Shown piece after piece: positions 36,611 through 46,341 of a DNA stretch of 64,000 nucleotides. Origin of the DNA: Methylocystis sp. (GTDB taxonomy: Bacteria > Pseudomonadota > Alphaproteobacteria > Rhizobiales > Beijerinckiaceae). The notes under the pieces were generated by a model. That model saw only the letters and a list, made by a program, of their open reading frames with translations, was not told the DNA's origin and ran no database searches. The first letter of the stretch is position 1. Every line of letters starts with the position of its first letter. Made by a program: the position numbers and the translations under genes. The stretch lies in contig JBIIJP010000005.1 in NCBI GenBank assembly GCA_044233645.1, forward strand, positions 3,519-67,518, read 5' to 3'.

Positions 36611-39469
36611 TCAAGTCACCACTACGCCGGGCGAAGGGGAAGGCGAAGTCGGGCGGGCAGGAGAATTTCGGGCCTTTGAAACCCGCCCTTGCGGGAAAAC
36701 CTCCAACAGCAACCGTCGGATGGTCGCCTGCCGCTGCGGAGAGATCACTTTCGCGCCAGTGAGATCTGTCACATAGAATGCGTCGACTGCACGCTCGCCA
36801 AAAGTGGTAATGTGGGCCGAGGCGATATTGAGATTGAGTTTCGAAATCGCATTGGTCAGGTCGTAGAGCAGCCCCTCACGGTCAAGCCCGGAAACTTCAA
36901 TTACAGTGTAAACATTTGACAGGCTGTTGTCGACCACCACATCCGGCGCGACAGGAAAATCTGCGATTACAGGCCGACTTTCCCCGCGCGCGCGAAGCAC
37001 ATCGGAAATTACGGCCTCGCCACGCAATGCTTGCTTGATAAGTGTCGCTATACGTTCGGCTCGACGAATCTCATCGGCTTCGAGATCGAATGCACGCGAG
37101 AAAAAAATCGTATCAAGGGCCAAACCATCCATTGTGGTGAAAATATGCGCGTCGACAATGTTGGCGCCACTGGCGGCGCTGCCGCCTGCGATGATCGACA
37201 ACAAGCGTCGATGATCTGGCGCAATCACGGTCAGTTCCACGGCGCCCCGTTCGGCGTCAAGCCGAACATCCGTGGCCAACGGCGCTTCGGAGCCGTCGAG
37301 CGCCCGCAGCATGTCCGCGTGGCGGACCTTCCGCGCCACATCGACCTTGAGCCAATAAGCCGGATAGTGCCGTTTGGTGTAGGCCTGAAAATCGGCGTCG
37401 GTCCAATCCTTCAGCCCGGCGCGCAATTCCGCCTGGGCCGCCGCGACTCGACTTTTGCGATTGACAGCGGAATGGCCGCCACGAAGGATGACCTCCGTCT
37501 CCCAGTAAAGCGTCAGCAACAACTGCGCCTTCCAGGCGTCAAGCACGCCGGGACCGACAGCGTTAATGTCGCAAATCGTCAGAACGAAGAGCATTTTTAG
37601 CCGCTCCATTGTCTGAACGATTGCCGCGAAATGTTCGATTGTGGCGGGATCGGATAAATCGCGGCTTTGGGCGAAACTGGACATTGTTAAATGGTGCTCG
37701 ACAAGCCAGGCAACCGTTTCGGTTTCTCCCGGCGTAAAGCCGAGACGGGGACAAAGGCTACGCGCTACATCCATGCCAGCAATGGAATGATCCTCCTTGC
37801 GCCCCTTGGCGATGTCATGCAGGAATAATCCCAAATAAAGCACTTTGCGGTTGACAATCTCCGGCAGGACTTCGCCGATGATTTTTTTCTGCTCAGGCAA
37901 TCTTCCGGCCTCAAGATCTGAAAGGCCGCCAACGGCGCGCAGTAAATGTTCGTCGACCGTATAATGATGATACATGTTGAATTGCATCAGCGCGACGATA
38001 CGACCAAAGTCCGGAACAAAGCGTCCCAGAACTCCGGTTTCATTCATCCGACGCAACACAATTTCCGTCATGTTGCGTGAGAGTAAAATCTCAAGGAAAA
38101 GCCGGTTCGCTTCAGGATTAGCGCGCAGGGCGGGGTCAATGCCACGCACCGAACGCGCCACGGCGCGCAGAGCGTCGGGATGAAACGGCAGACCATGATG
38201 ATCGGCCAGCCAGAACAGGCGAATGATATTAACCGGATCGCGCTTGAAAATATTATCGTCCGTGATCGAGATGCGGTCATTGGCAATGATGAAATCGCCC
38301 ATCTTTCCTTTCGCTCGTCGGCGACGAAATGGTTGTAGAAATCTTTCGAAAATCGCCCTCGGCTTGGCCTGACGAGCTTCCAGCGCCGCACAAACAATAG
38401 CGGTGAGGTCGCCGACATCCTTGGCGACTAGAAAATAATGCTTCATGAATCTCTCGACGCGCGACAGGCCGGCGCGATCATGATAGCCCATGCGCTCTGC
38501 AAGCTGCGGCTGAATATCGAAAGTCAGGCGTTCGTCAGGCCGTCCGCGCGCAAAATGCAAATGACATCGTACGCGCCATAAAAACTCTTCGCAGCGCTCG
38601 AAAAGACTGTATTCAGCGGCGGTAAACAGGCCGGCAGCGACAAGTTCCCGAGGCTCGCGCACGCGATAGACGTATTTCGCGATCCAGAACAAGGTATTGA
38701 GATCTCTCAGGCCACCCTTGCCCTCCTTGACGTTTGGCTCGACCAGATAACGGGAGGCGCCGGCGCGCTTGACCCGCGCAGCGCGCTCTGCGAGCTTGGC
38801 GGCGACAAATTCTGAAGCATCCGCGCGGGCGATTTCCCGGTCAAATGTTTCCTGCAATTCACCAAATAATTCGGCGTTGCCCAGAATGTAGCGCGACTCA
38901 AGTAAGGTCGTGCGGATCGTCATGTCAGCCTGCGACTGGCGGATGCACTCTGCAACCGAACGGGTCGCGTGACCAACTTTTTGACGTAAATCCCACAAGA
39001 TATAAAGAATCGCCTCAATGACGCTTTCGCCCCATGGCGTCTGTTTGTAAGGCAAAAGAAACAGCAGATCGATGTCGGAGCCAGGCGCCAGCATACCGCG
39101 CCCGTAACCGCCAACTGCAACGATAGCGAGGCGCTCAGCAAAAGTTGGATTATCTGCGATATGCACGTAACCGACAACATAATCGTAAATGGCGCCAATC
39201 AGCTCATCCTCAAGTTCGGACAGGAGCCGTCCACATAATGTGCCCCGTCCGCCAGCTTCCAGGCGCGTACGGACTCGCGCTCGACCTTGCGCCAACGTAT
39301 CCCTTAGCAGCTCAATAACGACGGTGCGCCGTTCGGTCTCATTACAGGCGCTGGCGCTGATCAACGCAATCGCCGGACCAAGCCTCTCGCGCAAGCCGAC
39401 GAAACTATTCGGTGACGCGAGACGATCAAAAACGTCTCGCGGGGCGATGGCGACATCAATCTGTTTCAT
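36611..39469 (-). CDS. glnD: bifunctional [protein-PII] uridylyltransferase/uridylyl-removing enzyme GlnD
   Basis: 952 aa with a nucleotidyltransferase region (GGYGRGMLAPGSDIDLLFL), HD domain (HHYTVDEH ... LFLHDIAKG) and two C-terminal ACT-like regions. Confidence 0.95.
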   Translation of the reverse strand: MKQIDVAIAPRDVFDRLASPNSFVGLRERLGPAIALISASACNETERRTVVIELLRDTLAQGRARVRTRLEAGGRGTLCGRLLSELEDELIGAIYDYVVGYVHIADNPTFAERLAIVAVGGYGRGMLAPGSDIDLLFLLPYKQTPWGESVIEAILYILWDLRQKVGHATRSVAECIRQSQADMTIRTTLLESRYILGNAELFGELQETFDREIARADASEFVAAKLAERAARVKRAGASRYLVEPNVKEGKGGLRDLNTLFWIAKYVYRVREPRELVAAGLFTAAEYSLFERCEEFLWRVRCHLHFARGRPDERLTFDIQPQLAERMGYHDRAGLSRVERFMKHYFLVAKDVGDLTAIVCAALEARQAKPRAIFERFLQPFRRRRAKGKMGDFIIANDRISITDDNIFKRDPVNIIRLFWLADHHGLPFHPDALRAVARSVRGIDPALRANPEANRLFLEILLSRNMTEIVLRRMNETGVLGRFVPDFGRIVALMQFNMYHHYTVDEHLLRAVGGLSDLEAGRLPEQKKIIGEVLPEIVNRKVLYLGLFLHDIAKGRKEDHSIAGMDVARSLCPRLGFTPGETETVAWLVEHHLTMSSFAQSRDLSDPATIEHFAAIVQTMERLKMLFVLTICDINAVGPGVLDAWKAQLLLTLYWETEVILRGGHSAVNRKSRVAAAQAELRAGLKDWTDADFQAYTKRHYPAYWLKVDVARKVRHADMLRALDGSEAPLATDVRLDAERGAVELTVIAPDHRRLLSIIAGGSAASGANIVDAHIFTTMDGLALDTIFFSRAFDLEADEIRRAERIATLIKQALRGEAVISDVLRARGESRPVIADFPVAPDVVVDNSLSNVYTVIEVSGLDREGLLYDLTNAISKLNLNIASAHITTFGERAVDAFYVTDLTGAKVISPQRQATIRRLLLEVFPQGRVSKARNSPARPTSPSPSPGVVVT

Positions 39470-40422
39470 AGGCCAGCGCGTAATGTTGTCAGACGTTGCT
39501 CGATCACATCGAACACCCTCGGGGTTAAATCAGGACCGCCAACACGCTTGAGCGCGCGCAAACCCGTAGGCGACGTGACATTAATTTCGGTTAGAAAGCC
39601 CCCGATCACATCTATGCCGACAAAAATCAGCCCACGTTTGCTGAGTTCCGGTCCGAGCCGGTCGCATATCTCCTGTTCCCGGGCATCGAGTTGCGTCGCC
39701 GCTGCAGCGCCCCCGCGCACCATGTTGGAGCGTATGTCGTCTTGCGCGGGAACCCGATTAATCGCACCCATCGCCACGCCATCGATTAAGAGAATGCGTT
39801 TATCGCCCTGCGCGACTTCCGGCAAAAAACGCTGTACGACCCAGGGTTCACGGAACATCGTATGAAACATATCAAAGAGCGAACCAAAATTAGGGTCTCG
39901 CTGCCCGACTTTGAAAACTGCCGCGCCGCCGTGACCATAGAGGGGTTTCATGACGATTTCGCCATGCTGGGCGCGAAAGGCCTCGATAGCGGCGCGATCG
40001 CGCGTCAAAATGGTTTGAGGCATCAGGTCAGGAAAATCCATCACAAAGACTTTTTCTGGCGCATTGCGCACATGTGCAGGATCGTTGACGACCAACACAC
40101 GCGATTGCACGCGCTCCAGAAAATGAGTCGATGTAATATAGGCGAGATCGAAGGGCGGATCTTGACGGAGCAGCACAATGTCCATCTCAATGAGATCGAT
40201 CTCGTGCGCCTCGCCCAGCGAATAATAACGATCGGGATCATCGAAAACGTCGATGCGATGGGCGCGGGCGATGAGCCGACAACCGTCGAGCGACAACAGA
40301 TCCGGCGTGTAATACCAAAGCCTGTGACCCCGACGCTTGGCCTCGAGCATCAGGGCAAATGTCGAGTCGCCTGCGAAATTGATCCGCTCGAGAGGGTCCA
40401 TCTGGACCGCGATTTCCAGCAT
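39466..40422 (-). CDS. gshB: glutathione synthetase
   Basis: MLEIAVQMDPLERINFAGDSTFALMLEAKRRGH parallels the E. coli GshB N-terminus, with an ATP-grasp C-terminal half. ATG at 40422. Confidence 0.9.
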   Translation of the reverse strand: MLEIAVQMDPLERINFAGDSTFALMLEAKRRGHRLWYYTPDLLSLDGCRLIARAHRIDVFDDPDRYYSLGEAHEIDLIEMDIVLLRQDPPFDLAYITSTHFLERVQSRVLVVNDPAHVRNAPEKVFVMDFPDLMPQTILTRDRAAIEAFRAQHGEIVMKPLYGHGGAAVFKVGQRDPNFGSLFDMFHTMFREPWVVQRFLPEVAQGDKRILLIDGVAMGAINRVPAQDDIRSNMVRGGAAAATQLDAREQEICDRLGPELSKRGLIFVGIDVIGGFLTEINVTSPTGLRALKRVGGPDLTPRVFDVIEQRLTTLRAGL

Positions 40423-40512
40423 GCCGCTTCCTGCCCGGACAAACATCCCTGAGCCTAGTGTCCCTGTCGGGTGGGAACAGTCGACCAGAGAGGAATACCG
40501 CTTCTACACGGT

Positions 40513-40731
40513 CTAGAGCAAGATCGCGGCATGGGGCCTAAGAACTTGCCCGCGCCGATCTGGCAAGCGGGCCTCGCGCTCGTATAGCGTATTTTCAGAA
40601 CGATTGAGGAAATACCGGTTCAGTCTCTTTTTCCACTGGTTCCACTGGCCATGATAGCTTTGCCACATAACAAAAATGAAAAAACTCAAAAACCACGACA
40701 GGCCCAGCCGCCGCGCTGGCGGCAATCCCAT
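40513..40731 (-). CDS. hypothetical small membrane protein
   Basis: 72-aa ORF starting 3 nt after the peroxiredoxin stop, with one hydrophobic segment LSWFLSFFIFVMW. Weak support. Confidence 0.25.
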   Translation of the reverse strand: MGLPPARRLGLSWFLSFFIFVMWQSYHGQWNQWKKRLNRYFLNRSENTLYEREARLPDRRGQVLRPHAAILL

Positions 40732-40734
40732 GGT

Positions 40735-41280
40735 TTAGATTTTATTCTTCCCTGTGAGCTCCCGTACTGCCTTCAGGGCATTTTCGATGTGCGCATGGGC
40801 TCCGGAGTCCCGCGTCACCGAGACGATCTTGCCCTGAGGCGAGATCACATAAGAAATACGATCGGCGAACACTGGTCCCGCCACAGGCAACTCGAAGGCT
40901 GCATCATAGGACTTGATCACATGAAAGCTTGAGTCGGCTCCGACAGGGAATTTATCGCGACATTCTTTTTTGGAGAATTCTTTTTGCACGTTGATGTCAT
41001 CACCTGAGACGCCAATGACGCTGGCGTTCATTGCAGCAAACTGCTCCATTGCTTCCGCGAATTCATGCGCCTCCACCGTGCAGACGCTCGTAAAGGATTT
41101 CGGATAAAAATACAGGACAACGGGACCTTTCTTCAGCGCGTCCCTCAGCGAAAATGTGAACTCTTTTCCACCTAACGCCGCCTCGATCGTAAAGTCCGGC
41201 GCACTCGCGCCGGGTTTCATCATCGCCAGGGCGGATGTGGCGCACAAGGCTATGACGAGGGATAACAGCAGGCGCTTCAT
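40735..41280 (-). CDS. exported peroxiredoxin (AhpC/TSA, Bcp-like)
   Basis: Signal peptide MKRLLLSLVIALCATSALA, then APDFTIEAALGGKEFTFSL ... VVLYFYPKSFTSVCTVE with the peroxidatic Cys context. Confidence 0.85.
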   Translation of the reverse strand: MKRLLLSLVIALCATSALAMMKPGASAPDFTIEAALGGKEFTFSLRDALKKGPVVLYFYPKSFTSVCTVEAHEFAEAMEQFAAMNASVIGVSGDDINVQKEFSKKECRDKFPVGADSSFHVIKSYDAAFELPVAGPVFADRISYVISPQGKIVSVTRDSGAHAHIENALKAVRELTGKNKI

Positions 41281-41341
41281 GAGGAACCTCCACCGGGACT
41301 ATTGTGCATGTAAGTCCCATCCGCCGGGCTTCAAGCGCCGC

Positions 41342-42778
41342 CTAAATATGGATGGCTCGTCCCCAGGCGCTATAAACGCTTTCCAGCATGGTCTCGGAGA
41401 GCGTTGGGTGCGGGAATACCGTGCGCATCAGCTCCTCCTCTGTGGTCTCGAGATTCATTGCAATGACAAATCCCGGAATGAGTTCCGTCGCTTCAGCGCC
41501 AATAATATGCGCGCCCAGCAGTCGGCCGCTTTTGGCGTCGAAAATCGTTTTCACCAGTCCGTCGGGTTCGCCAAGCGCAATCGCCTTGCCATTCGCGAGA
41601 TAGGGAAAGCGACCGATTTTCAACTCAGAGCCTAACGCTTTTGCCTTTGCCTCGCTTAAACCCACCGAGGCGATTTGCGGATGGCAGTAGGTGCAACCCG
41701 GCACAAGCGATTTGTCGAGCGGGTGCGGGTTCTTGCCGGCGATGGCCTCGGCGCAAGCGACGCCCTCGTGCTCCGCCTTATGCGCCAGCATTGGACCGCC
41801 AGCGACGTCGCCGATGGCGTAGACGCCGGGAAGAGAAGTTCGCCCCAGCCCGTCGGTTTTTATAACGCCACGCTCCAGCGCGACCCCAAGCGTCTCCAGA
41901 CCAAGATTTTCGACATTGGGAACCACGCCCGCGGCCGACAGGACGCGTTCGAACGCAGCCGTTTCGGTTTTACCGTCGGAATCCTTGAGCGTCGCGACAA
42001 CGCCATCGGCCTGTTTGTCGAGCGCGACCACGGTCGTCGACGTGCGGATAGCGATCCCCTGTTTTTCAAAAGACTTTCGCGCCAACGCGGCGATCTCGGC
42101 GTCCTCGGCCGGCAGGATTTGTGCCGTCGCCTCCGCCAGCGTCACCGCGACGCCGAAGGTGTTGTAAAAGAAAGCGAATTCCACGCCGATTGCCCCGGCG
42201 CCGACGATCAGTAGGGATTTGGGAAACGCCTCGGGCTTCATCGCCTCGAAATAGCTCCACACCAGACGCCCGTCTGGTTCCAGACCCGCTAGCAGTCGCG
42301 GGCGAGCGCCCGTGGCGATGATAATATTCTTGGCCTGATAATCTCCCGCCCCCAGCGCCGGTTTTGGCGCAGGCAGTTGCGGAGCTACGGGCGGTTTTGT
42401 TGACGCACCCACCGTGACGCCGCCGGCTCCCGTCAACCGCGCCTCACCCCATATCACGTCGATTTTGTTCTTTTTAAGCAAAAAACCGACGCCGGTGTTA
42501 AGACGCGCCGCCGACTCCCGCGAGCGGGCGATGATGCGGGCTGGATCGAATTTCGGCGCCGCCTCGACTCCGAAAACCTCGCCCTCTTGCGCCAGTCTGT
42601 AAATCTCGGCCGAACGGAGGAGGGTCTTTGTCGGAATACAGCCCCAGTTCAGGCAGATGCCACCCAAGTGCTCGCGCTCAATGACTGCCGTTCTGAGCCC
42701 GAGCTGCGCAGCGCGAATCGCTGCCACATAGCCGCCCGGACCACTCCCAATAACAATGAGATCGTAGGTCTCACTCAT
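41342..42778 (-). CDS. lpdA: dihydrolipoyl dehydrogenase
   Basis: FAD motif DLIVIGSGPGGYVAA, redox disulfide GGICLNWGCIPTK and C-terminal dimerisation HPTLSE. Confidence 0.95.
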   Translation of the reverse strand: MSETYDLIVIGSGPGGYVAAIRAAQLGLRTAVIEREHLGGICLNWGCIPTKTLLRSAEIYRLAQEGEVFGVEAAPKFDPARIIARSRESAARLNTGVGFLLKKNKIDVIWGEARLTGAGGVTVGASTKPPVAPQLPAPKPALGAGDYQAKNIIIATGARPRLLAGLEPDGRLVWSYFEAMKPEAFPKSLLIVGAGAIGVEFAFFYNTFGVAVTLAEATAQILPAEDAEIAALARKSFEKQGIAIRTSTTVVALDKQADGVVATLKDSDGKTETAAFERVLSAAGVVPNVENLGLETLGVALERGVIKTDGLGRTSLPGVYAIGDVAGGPMLAHKAEHEGVACAEAIAGKNPHPLDKSLVPGCTYCHPQIASVGLSEAKAKALGSELKIGRFPYLANGKAIALGEPDGLVKTIFDAKSGRLLGAHIIGAEATELIPGFVIAMNLETTEEELMRTVFPHPTLSETMLESVYSAWGRAIHI

Positions 42779-42876
42779 GATCCATCCCCACGCCGCCGGT
42801 CATTGACGAACCCCGGCCGCGCTAGTGTTAAACGTCCTGGGGAAGCCCGTCGATGCTCCAGCAGAGCCGAAACGAC

Positions 42877-42909
42877 AAATCGCCCGCCGGAGGGGCCGAC
42901 GGGCGATTT
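42877..42909 (-). terminator. intrinsic terminator downstream of rplT
   Basis: Perfect 10-bp inverted repeat AAATCGCCCG / CGGGCGATTT with a 13-nt loop. On the minus strand it is followed by TTTGTCGTTT. Confidence 0.55.
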
Positions 42910-42936
42910 ATAGAGAATTAGGCCTTTCTTGCCGGT

Positions 42937-43302
42937 TCAGGCGGCGGCGGGCAACGCCTTCTTGGCTTGGGCGACAATCGCGGCGAATGCCTCAGGCTGC
43001 TCGATGGCGAGCTGCGAGAGCACTTTGCGGTCGACCGTGACGCCCGCCTTGGCGAGGCCGTCGATGAAACGCGAGTAGGTCAACCCGTGTTCGCGGACTG
43101 CGGCGTTGAGACGCTGAATCCACAGAGCGCGGAATACGCGCTTCTTCGCCTTGCGATCGCGGGTCGCATATTGCATCGAGCGATCAACAGCCGCCTTGGC
43201 GGTGCGGATCGTATTCTTGCGGCGGCCGTAGAAACCCTTGGCGGCCTTGAAAGTCTTCTTGTGTTTGGCGTGGGACGTTACGCCGCGTTTAACGCGAGCC
43301 AT
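42937..43302 (-). CDS. rplT: 50S ribosomal protein L20
   Basis: [51 protein letters not shown] is the canonical L20 N-terminus. Confidence 0.97.
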   Translation of the reverse strand: MARVKRGVTSHAKHKKTFKAAKGFYGRRKNTIRTAKAAVDRSMQYATRDRKAKKRVFRALWIQRLNAAVREHGLTYSRFIDGLAKAGVTVDRKVLSQLAIEQPEAFAAIVAQAKKALPAAA

Positions 43303-43358
43303 GACGAAACTCCTGGATCAGAAACTGCGCAGAGTCTGTGATTGTATCGGTGAACTGG

Positions 43359-43559
43359 TTAGCCGTTCGGCAGGAAATATTTCTTGACGTTGTCGCCGTC
43401 GGTCTTGAACAGCACGCTGGTCCCGCGCAGATTGCGGATCTGCTTGTTGGTGCGCTTGATCATGCCGTGGCGCTTACCCTGCTGGGCGTACACCACCTTG
43501 CCGGTGCCGGTGATCTTGAAGCGCTTCTTGGCGCCGGATTTCGTCTTAAGCTTGGGCAT
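43359..43559 (-). CDS. rpmI: 50S ribosomal protein L35
   Basis: [37 protein letters not shown]..., 66 aa from the ATG at 43559. The longer track ORF is an upstream read-through. Confidence 0.95.
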   Translation of the reverse strand: MPKLKTKSGAKKRFKITGTGKVVYAQQGKRHGMIKRTNKQIRNLRGTSVLFKTDGDNVKKYFLPNG

Positions 43560-43835
43560 TTTGCTCTCCTGGGCTCTTGGCCCTGTTTTTTGGACGTCTT
43601 CGTCCGGAAGTGGTCCGACGAAAACGCATCGCGCGAGCGAAAAGAACCGCCACGGCAGCCCATCACTGGCCGGGCGGTTCAGGAAGCTGGCCTTATAAGC
43701 AAAGGCCGGGCTGTCTGGCAAGAGCGCCCGATGCGACTGGGAGTAGACGCCTCAAGCGCAGGGGCTTAAAAGGCGGCGTATTTTTAGCAGAAACCTCGAC
43801 AATCGACCCCATCCCGGGAACGAGGAGCGAAAGAG

Positions 43836-44954
43836 ATGAACATTCACGCCTCCGCCGCCGAACTGGCCGTATCCGCCGAATGTCCGGTGAACTCTCACAA
43901 CGAGTGGGATCCGCTTGAGGAGATCATCGTCGGTCGCCTCGAAGGCTCGACCATCCCCTCCGCTCATCCGGTGGTGACCTGCAACGTTCCGGGTATGGCC
44001 GCGCGCGCTCAAGCGCTGGCGGCCGGTTTTCGCTTCCCGAGCTTCATGATCGAACCGGCGCAACGGGAACTGGATAATTTCGTGAAGGTTTTGGAGCAGC
44101 TCGGCGTCAAGGTGACGCGTCCCGACGCCTACCCCCACAAGCGCAAATTCTCGACCCCGGACTGGTCGTCGCGCGGCTTTTGCAACTCCTGCCCCCGCGA
44201 CAGCATGCTGGTGATCGGCGACGAAATTCTCGAAACGCCTATGGCTTGGCCCTGCCGATATTTCGAGACCCACTCCTACCGCACGATCCTGAAGGATTAT
44301 TTCCGCCGCGGCGCCCGCTGGACCTCCGCCCCCAAGCCGCAACTGACCGATGAGTTGTTCGATCCGAATTTCACGCTGCCCGAGAAGGGCGAGCCGATCC
44401 GCTACATCCTGACCGAATTCGAGCCAGTCTTCGACGCCGCCGATTTCTTCCGTTGCGGCCGGGATATCTTCGTGACGCGATCGAACGTCACCAACGCCAT
44501 GGGCGTCGACTGGCTGCGCCGGCACCTCGGCGAAGGCTATCGCGTCCATGAGATCAAAAGCCGCTGCCCCAACCCGATGCACATCGACACCACGATCCTG
44601 CCGCTCGGTCCCGGCAAGCTGCTGATCAACCCGGAATATCTCGATCCGAACGAACTGCCGGACATTCTCAAGAAATGGGACATTCTTGTCACGCCGGAGC
44701 CCGATCCGATCAACGATCGCATCCTCGCTATTACCTCCATGTGCGGCAAATGGCTGAGCATGAATGTGTTGATGATCGACGAGAAGCGCGTGATCGTCGA
44801 TCCGCATCATACAGGCATGATGCGAGCGATGGAGAAATGGGGCTTCGAGCCAATCCCCGTGCCCTTCCTGCATTACGCGGCATTCGGCGGCGCCTTCCAT
44901 TGCGCGACCCTCGACGTGCGCCGGCGCGGAACGCTGGAAAGCTATTTCGACTAA
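43836..44954 (+). CDS. L-arginine:glycine amidinotransferase-like enzyme (AGAT/GATM family)
   Basis: End-to-end resemblance to vertebrate GATM as remembered: CPVNSHNEWDPLEEIIVG, TEFEPVFDAADFFRCGRDIFVTRSNVTN, NPMHIDT, KWLSMNVLMIDEKRVIVD, GGAFHCATLDVRRRGTLESYFD. The Asp/His/Cys triad context is present. Confidence 0.85.
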   Translation: MNIHASAAELAVSAECPVNSHNEWDPLEEIIVGRLEGSTIPSAHPVVTCNVPGMAARAQALAAGFRFPSFMIEPAQRELDNFVKVLEQLGVKVTRPDAYPHKRKFSTPDWSSRGFCNSCPRDSMLVIGDEILETPMAWPCRYFETHSYRTILKDYFRRGARWTSAPKPQLTDELFDPNFTLPEKGEPIRYILTEFEPVFDAADFFRCGRDIFVTRSNVTNAMGVDWLRRHLGEGYRVHEIKSRCPNPMHIDTTILPLGPGKLLINPEYLDPNELPDILKKWDILVTPEPDPINDRILAITSMCGKWLSMNVLMIDEKRVIVDPHHTGMMRAMEKWGFEPIPVPFLHYAAFGGAFHCATLDVRRRGTLESYFD

Positions 44955-44986
44955 GAGGCGACACGACCTCCCCGAGACGAAGTTCG

Positions 44987-45013
44987 AGAGGCGCTCCGGC
45001 GCCTCTTTTGTTT
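44987..45013 (+). terminator. intrinsic terminator after the amidinotransferase gene
   Basis: AGAGGCGC-TCCG-GCGCCTCT hairpin followed by TTTGTTT. Confidence 0.7.
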
Positions 45014-45040
45014 CGAGACTATTGATCGCGCCTCAGCGGA

Positions 45041-45364
45041 TCAGGGATCGACGCCGTCCAGGCGCAAGCCGACCATGCCGATCAGGATCAGCAGGATAGA
45101 GCCGATGCGCAGTAATGTCGCCGGCTCGCCGAACAGATACACGCCGACGACCGTAACCGCCGCGACGCTGCCGCCGGTCCAGACCGCATAGGCCGTGCCG
45201 GCGGGAATTTCCTTGACCGCCAGACCCAGACAGCCAACGCTGGCGGCCATGAAGAAAACCATAATCACCGATGGCCAAAGGCGCGTGAAGCCGTCGGCGT
45301 ATTTCATGCCGATCAGCCAGCCAACCTCGCATATGCTGCCAATCAACAGAATGATCCACGCCAT
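45041..45364 (-). CDS. sugE: SMR-family quaternary-ammonium/guanidinium exporter (SugE/Gdx-like)
   Basis: 107 aa, four TM helices, MAWIILLIGSICEVGWLIGMKYADGF with the conserved membrane Glu (E13), and PAGTAYAVWTGGS. Confidence 0.85.
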   Translation of the reverse strand: MAWIILLIGSICEVGWLIGMKYADGFTRLWPSVIMVFFMAASVGCLGLAVKEIPAGTAYAVWTGGSVAAVTVVGVYLFGEPATLLRIGSILLILIGMVGLRLDGVDP

Positions 45365-45465
45365 GGTTGCGTCCTCGTTTGGGTCGGGCGATTGACCGCC
45401 GGGGCGTTTAGTTGCCGTCCCCGGCCCCCCTCGTCAAGGCTGCGCCGAACAGGAAGGAGACAATC

Positions 45466-46341
45466 ATGAGGGAAATCACGCGCATCGATCCGGCGCCGGC
45501 CGGTCATTGGGTCGGGGATGGTTTTCCAGTGCGATCCCTCCTGTCGCATCAGGCGCAGGGCGCATCCGTCAGTCCCTTTCTGCTTCTGGATTACGCCGGG
45601 CCAGCGGATTTTCCGCCGGCCTCTACTCCTCGGGGCGTCGGAGCGCATCCACATCGCGGATTCGAGACTGTCACAATCGTGCTTGACGGGGAGATCGCGC
45701 ATCGTGACTCGACAGGCGCCCGTGGCGTGATCGGTCCCGGCGACGTGCAGTGGATGACGGCCGGCTCCGGCGTATTGCATGAGGAAATGCACACCCTCGC
45801 CTATACGCGCAGCGGCGGCAGGTTCGAAGTTGTCCAGCTATGGGTCAATCTCCCCGCCGCCGACAAAATGACGGCGCCGCGCTATCAGACGCTTCGAGAC
45901 GACGTCATCCCGCATGTCGACCTGCCAGGCGACGCGGGATTGTTGCGCGTTATCGCCGGCGAGTATGGCGGTCATCGCGGACCGGCGCAGACATTTACGC
46001 CGATGAATATCTGGGATGTCAGGCTCGACGCCGGCGCGACGACGACCTTTCGCTTGCCGGAAGGGCATTCGCTGGCCCTCGCGGCGCTCGACGGCGGATT
46101 GCGCGTCAATCGCAGCCAAACCATCAATGAGGCGGAGATTGTGGTTTTTGCGCATGAAGGCGGCGAGATCGCCGTCAGTGGACTTCGCGACGCCAAGTTT
46201 CTGTTGCTCGCCGGCGAACCCATCGACGAAGCCGTCGTGCAACTGGGACCCTTTGTGATGAATTCAATGGATGACGTGCGTCAGGCGATTGAGGATTATC
46301 GGGGCGGAAAGTTCGGCGTATTGCCCCCGACCGCCGATTAA
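45466..46341 (+). CDS. pirin family protein
   Basis: Bicupin with HPHRGFETVTIVLDGEIAHRDS and GDVQWMTAGSGVLHEE. ATG at 45466 preceded by GGAAGGAG. Confidence 0.9.
   Translation: MREITRIDPAPAGHWVGDGFPVRSLLSHQAQGASVSPFLLLDYAGPADFPPASTPRGVGAHPHRGFETVTIVLDGEIAHRDSTGARGVIGPGDVQWMTAGSGVLHEEMHTLAYTRSGGRFEVVQLWVNLPAADKMTAPRYQTLRDDVIPHVDLPGDAGLLRVIAGEYGGHRGPAQTFTPMNIWDVRLDAGATTTFRLPEGHSLALAALDGGLRVNRSQTINEAEIVVFAHEGGEIAVSGLRDAKFLLLAGEPIDEAVVQLGPFVMNSMDDVRQAIEDYRGGKFGVLPPTAD

Noticed and set aside
36557-36640. Sigma-32-type promoter for grpE inside the glnD 3' end (CTTG-N18-CTGATAT on the minus strand)
   Set aside because: The -10 element matches the CYTATNT or CCCCATNT consensus poorly and the spacing is at the limit. 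That is too weak to call without transcript mapping.
43752-44900. 382-aa ORF antisense to the amidinotransferase gene
   Set aside because: It lies entirely opposite a gene with end-to-end family similarity. Its composition (His/Arg/Gly/Ala-rich, no motifs) is typical of shadow ORFs in GC-rich DNA.
45365-45465. Possible guanidine riboswitch upstream of the SugE/Gdx gene
   Set aside because: The leader has one hairpin (CCGGGG...CCCCGG with a 14-nt loop). It lacks the paired ACGR-tetraloop hairpins of mini-ykkC and the GGACGAGG...ACCCGG...CAGGACAAGACGG order of ykkC-III as I remember them. A covariance-model scan would be needed to exclude it fully.
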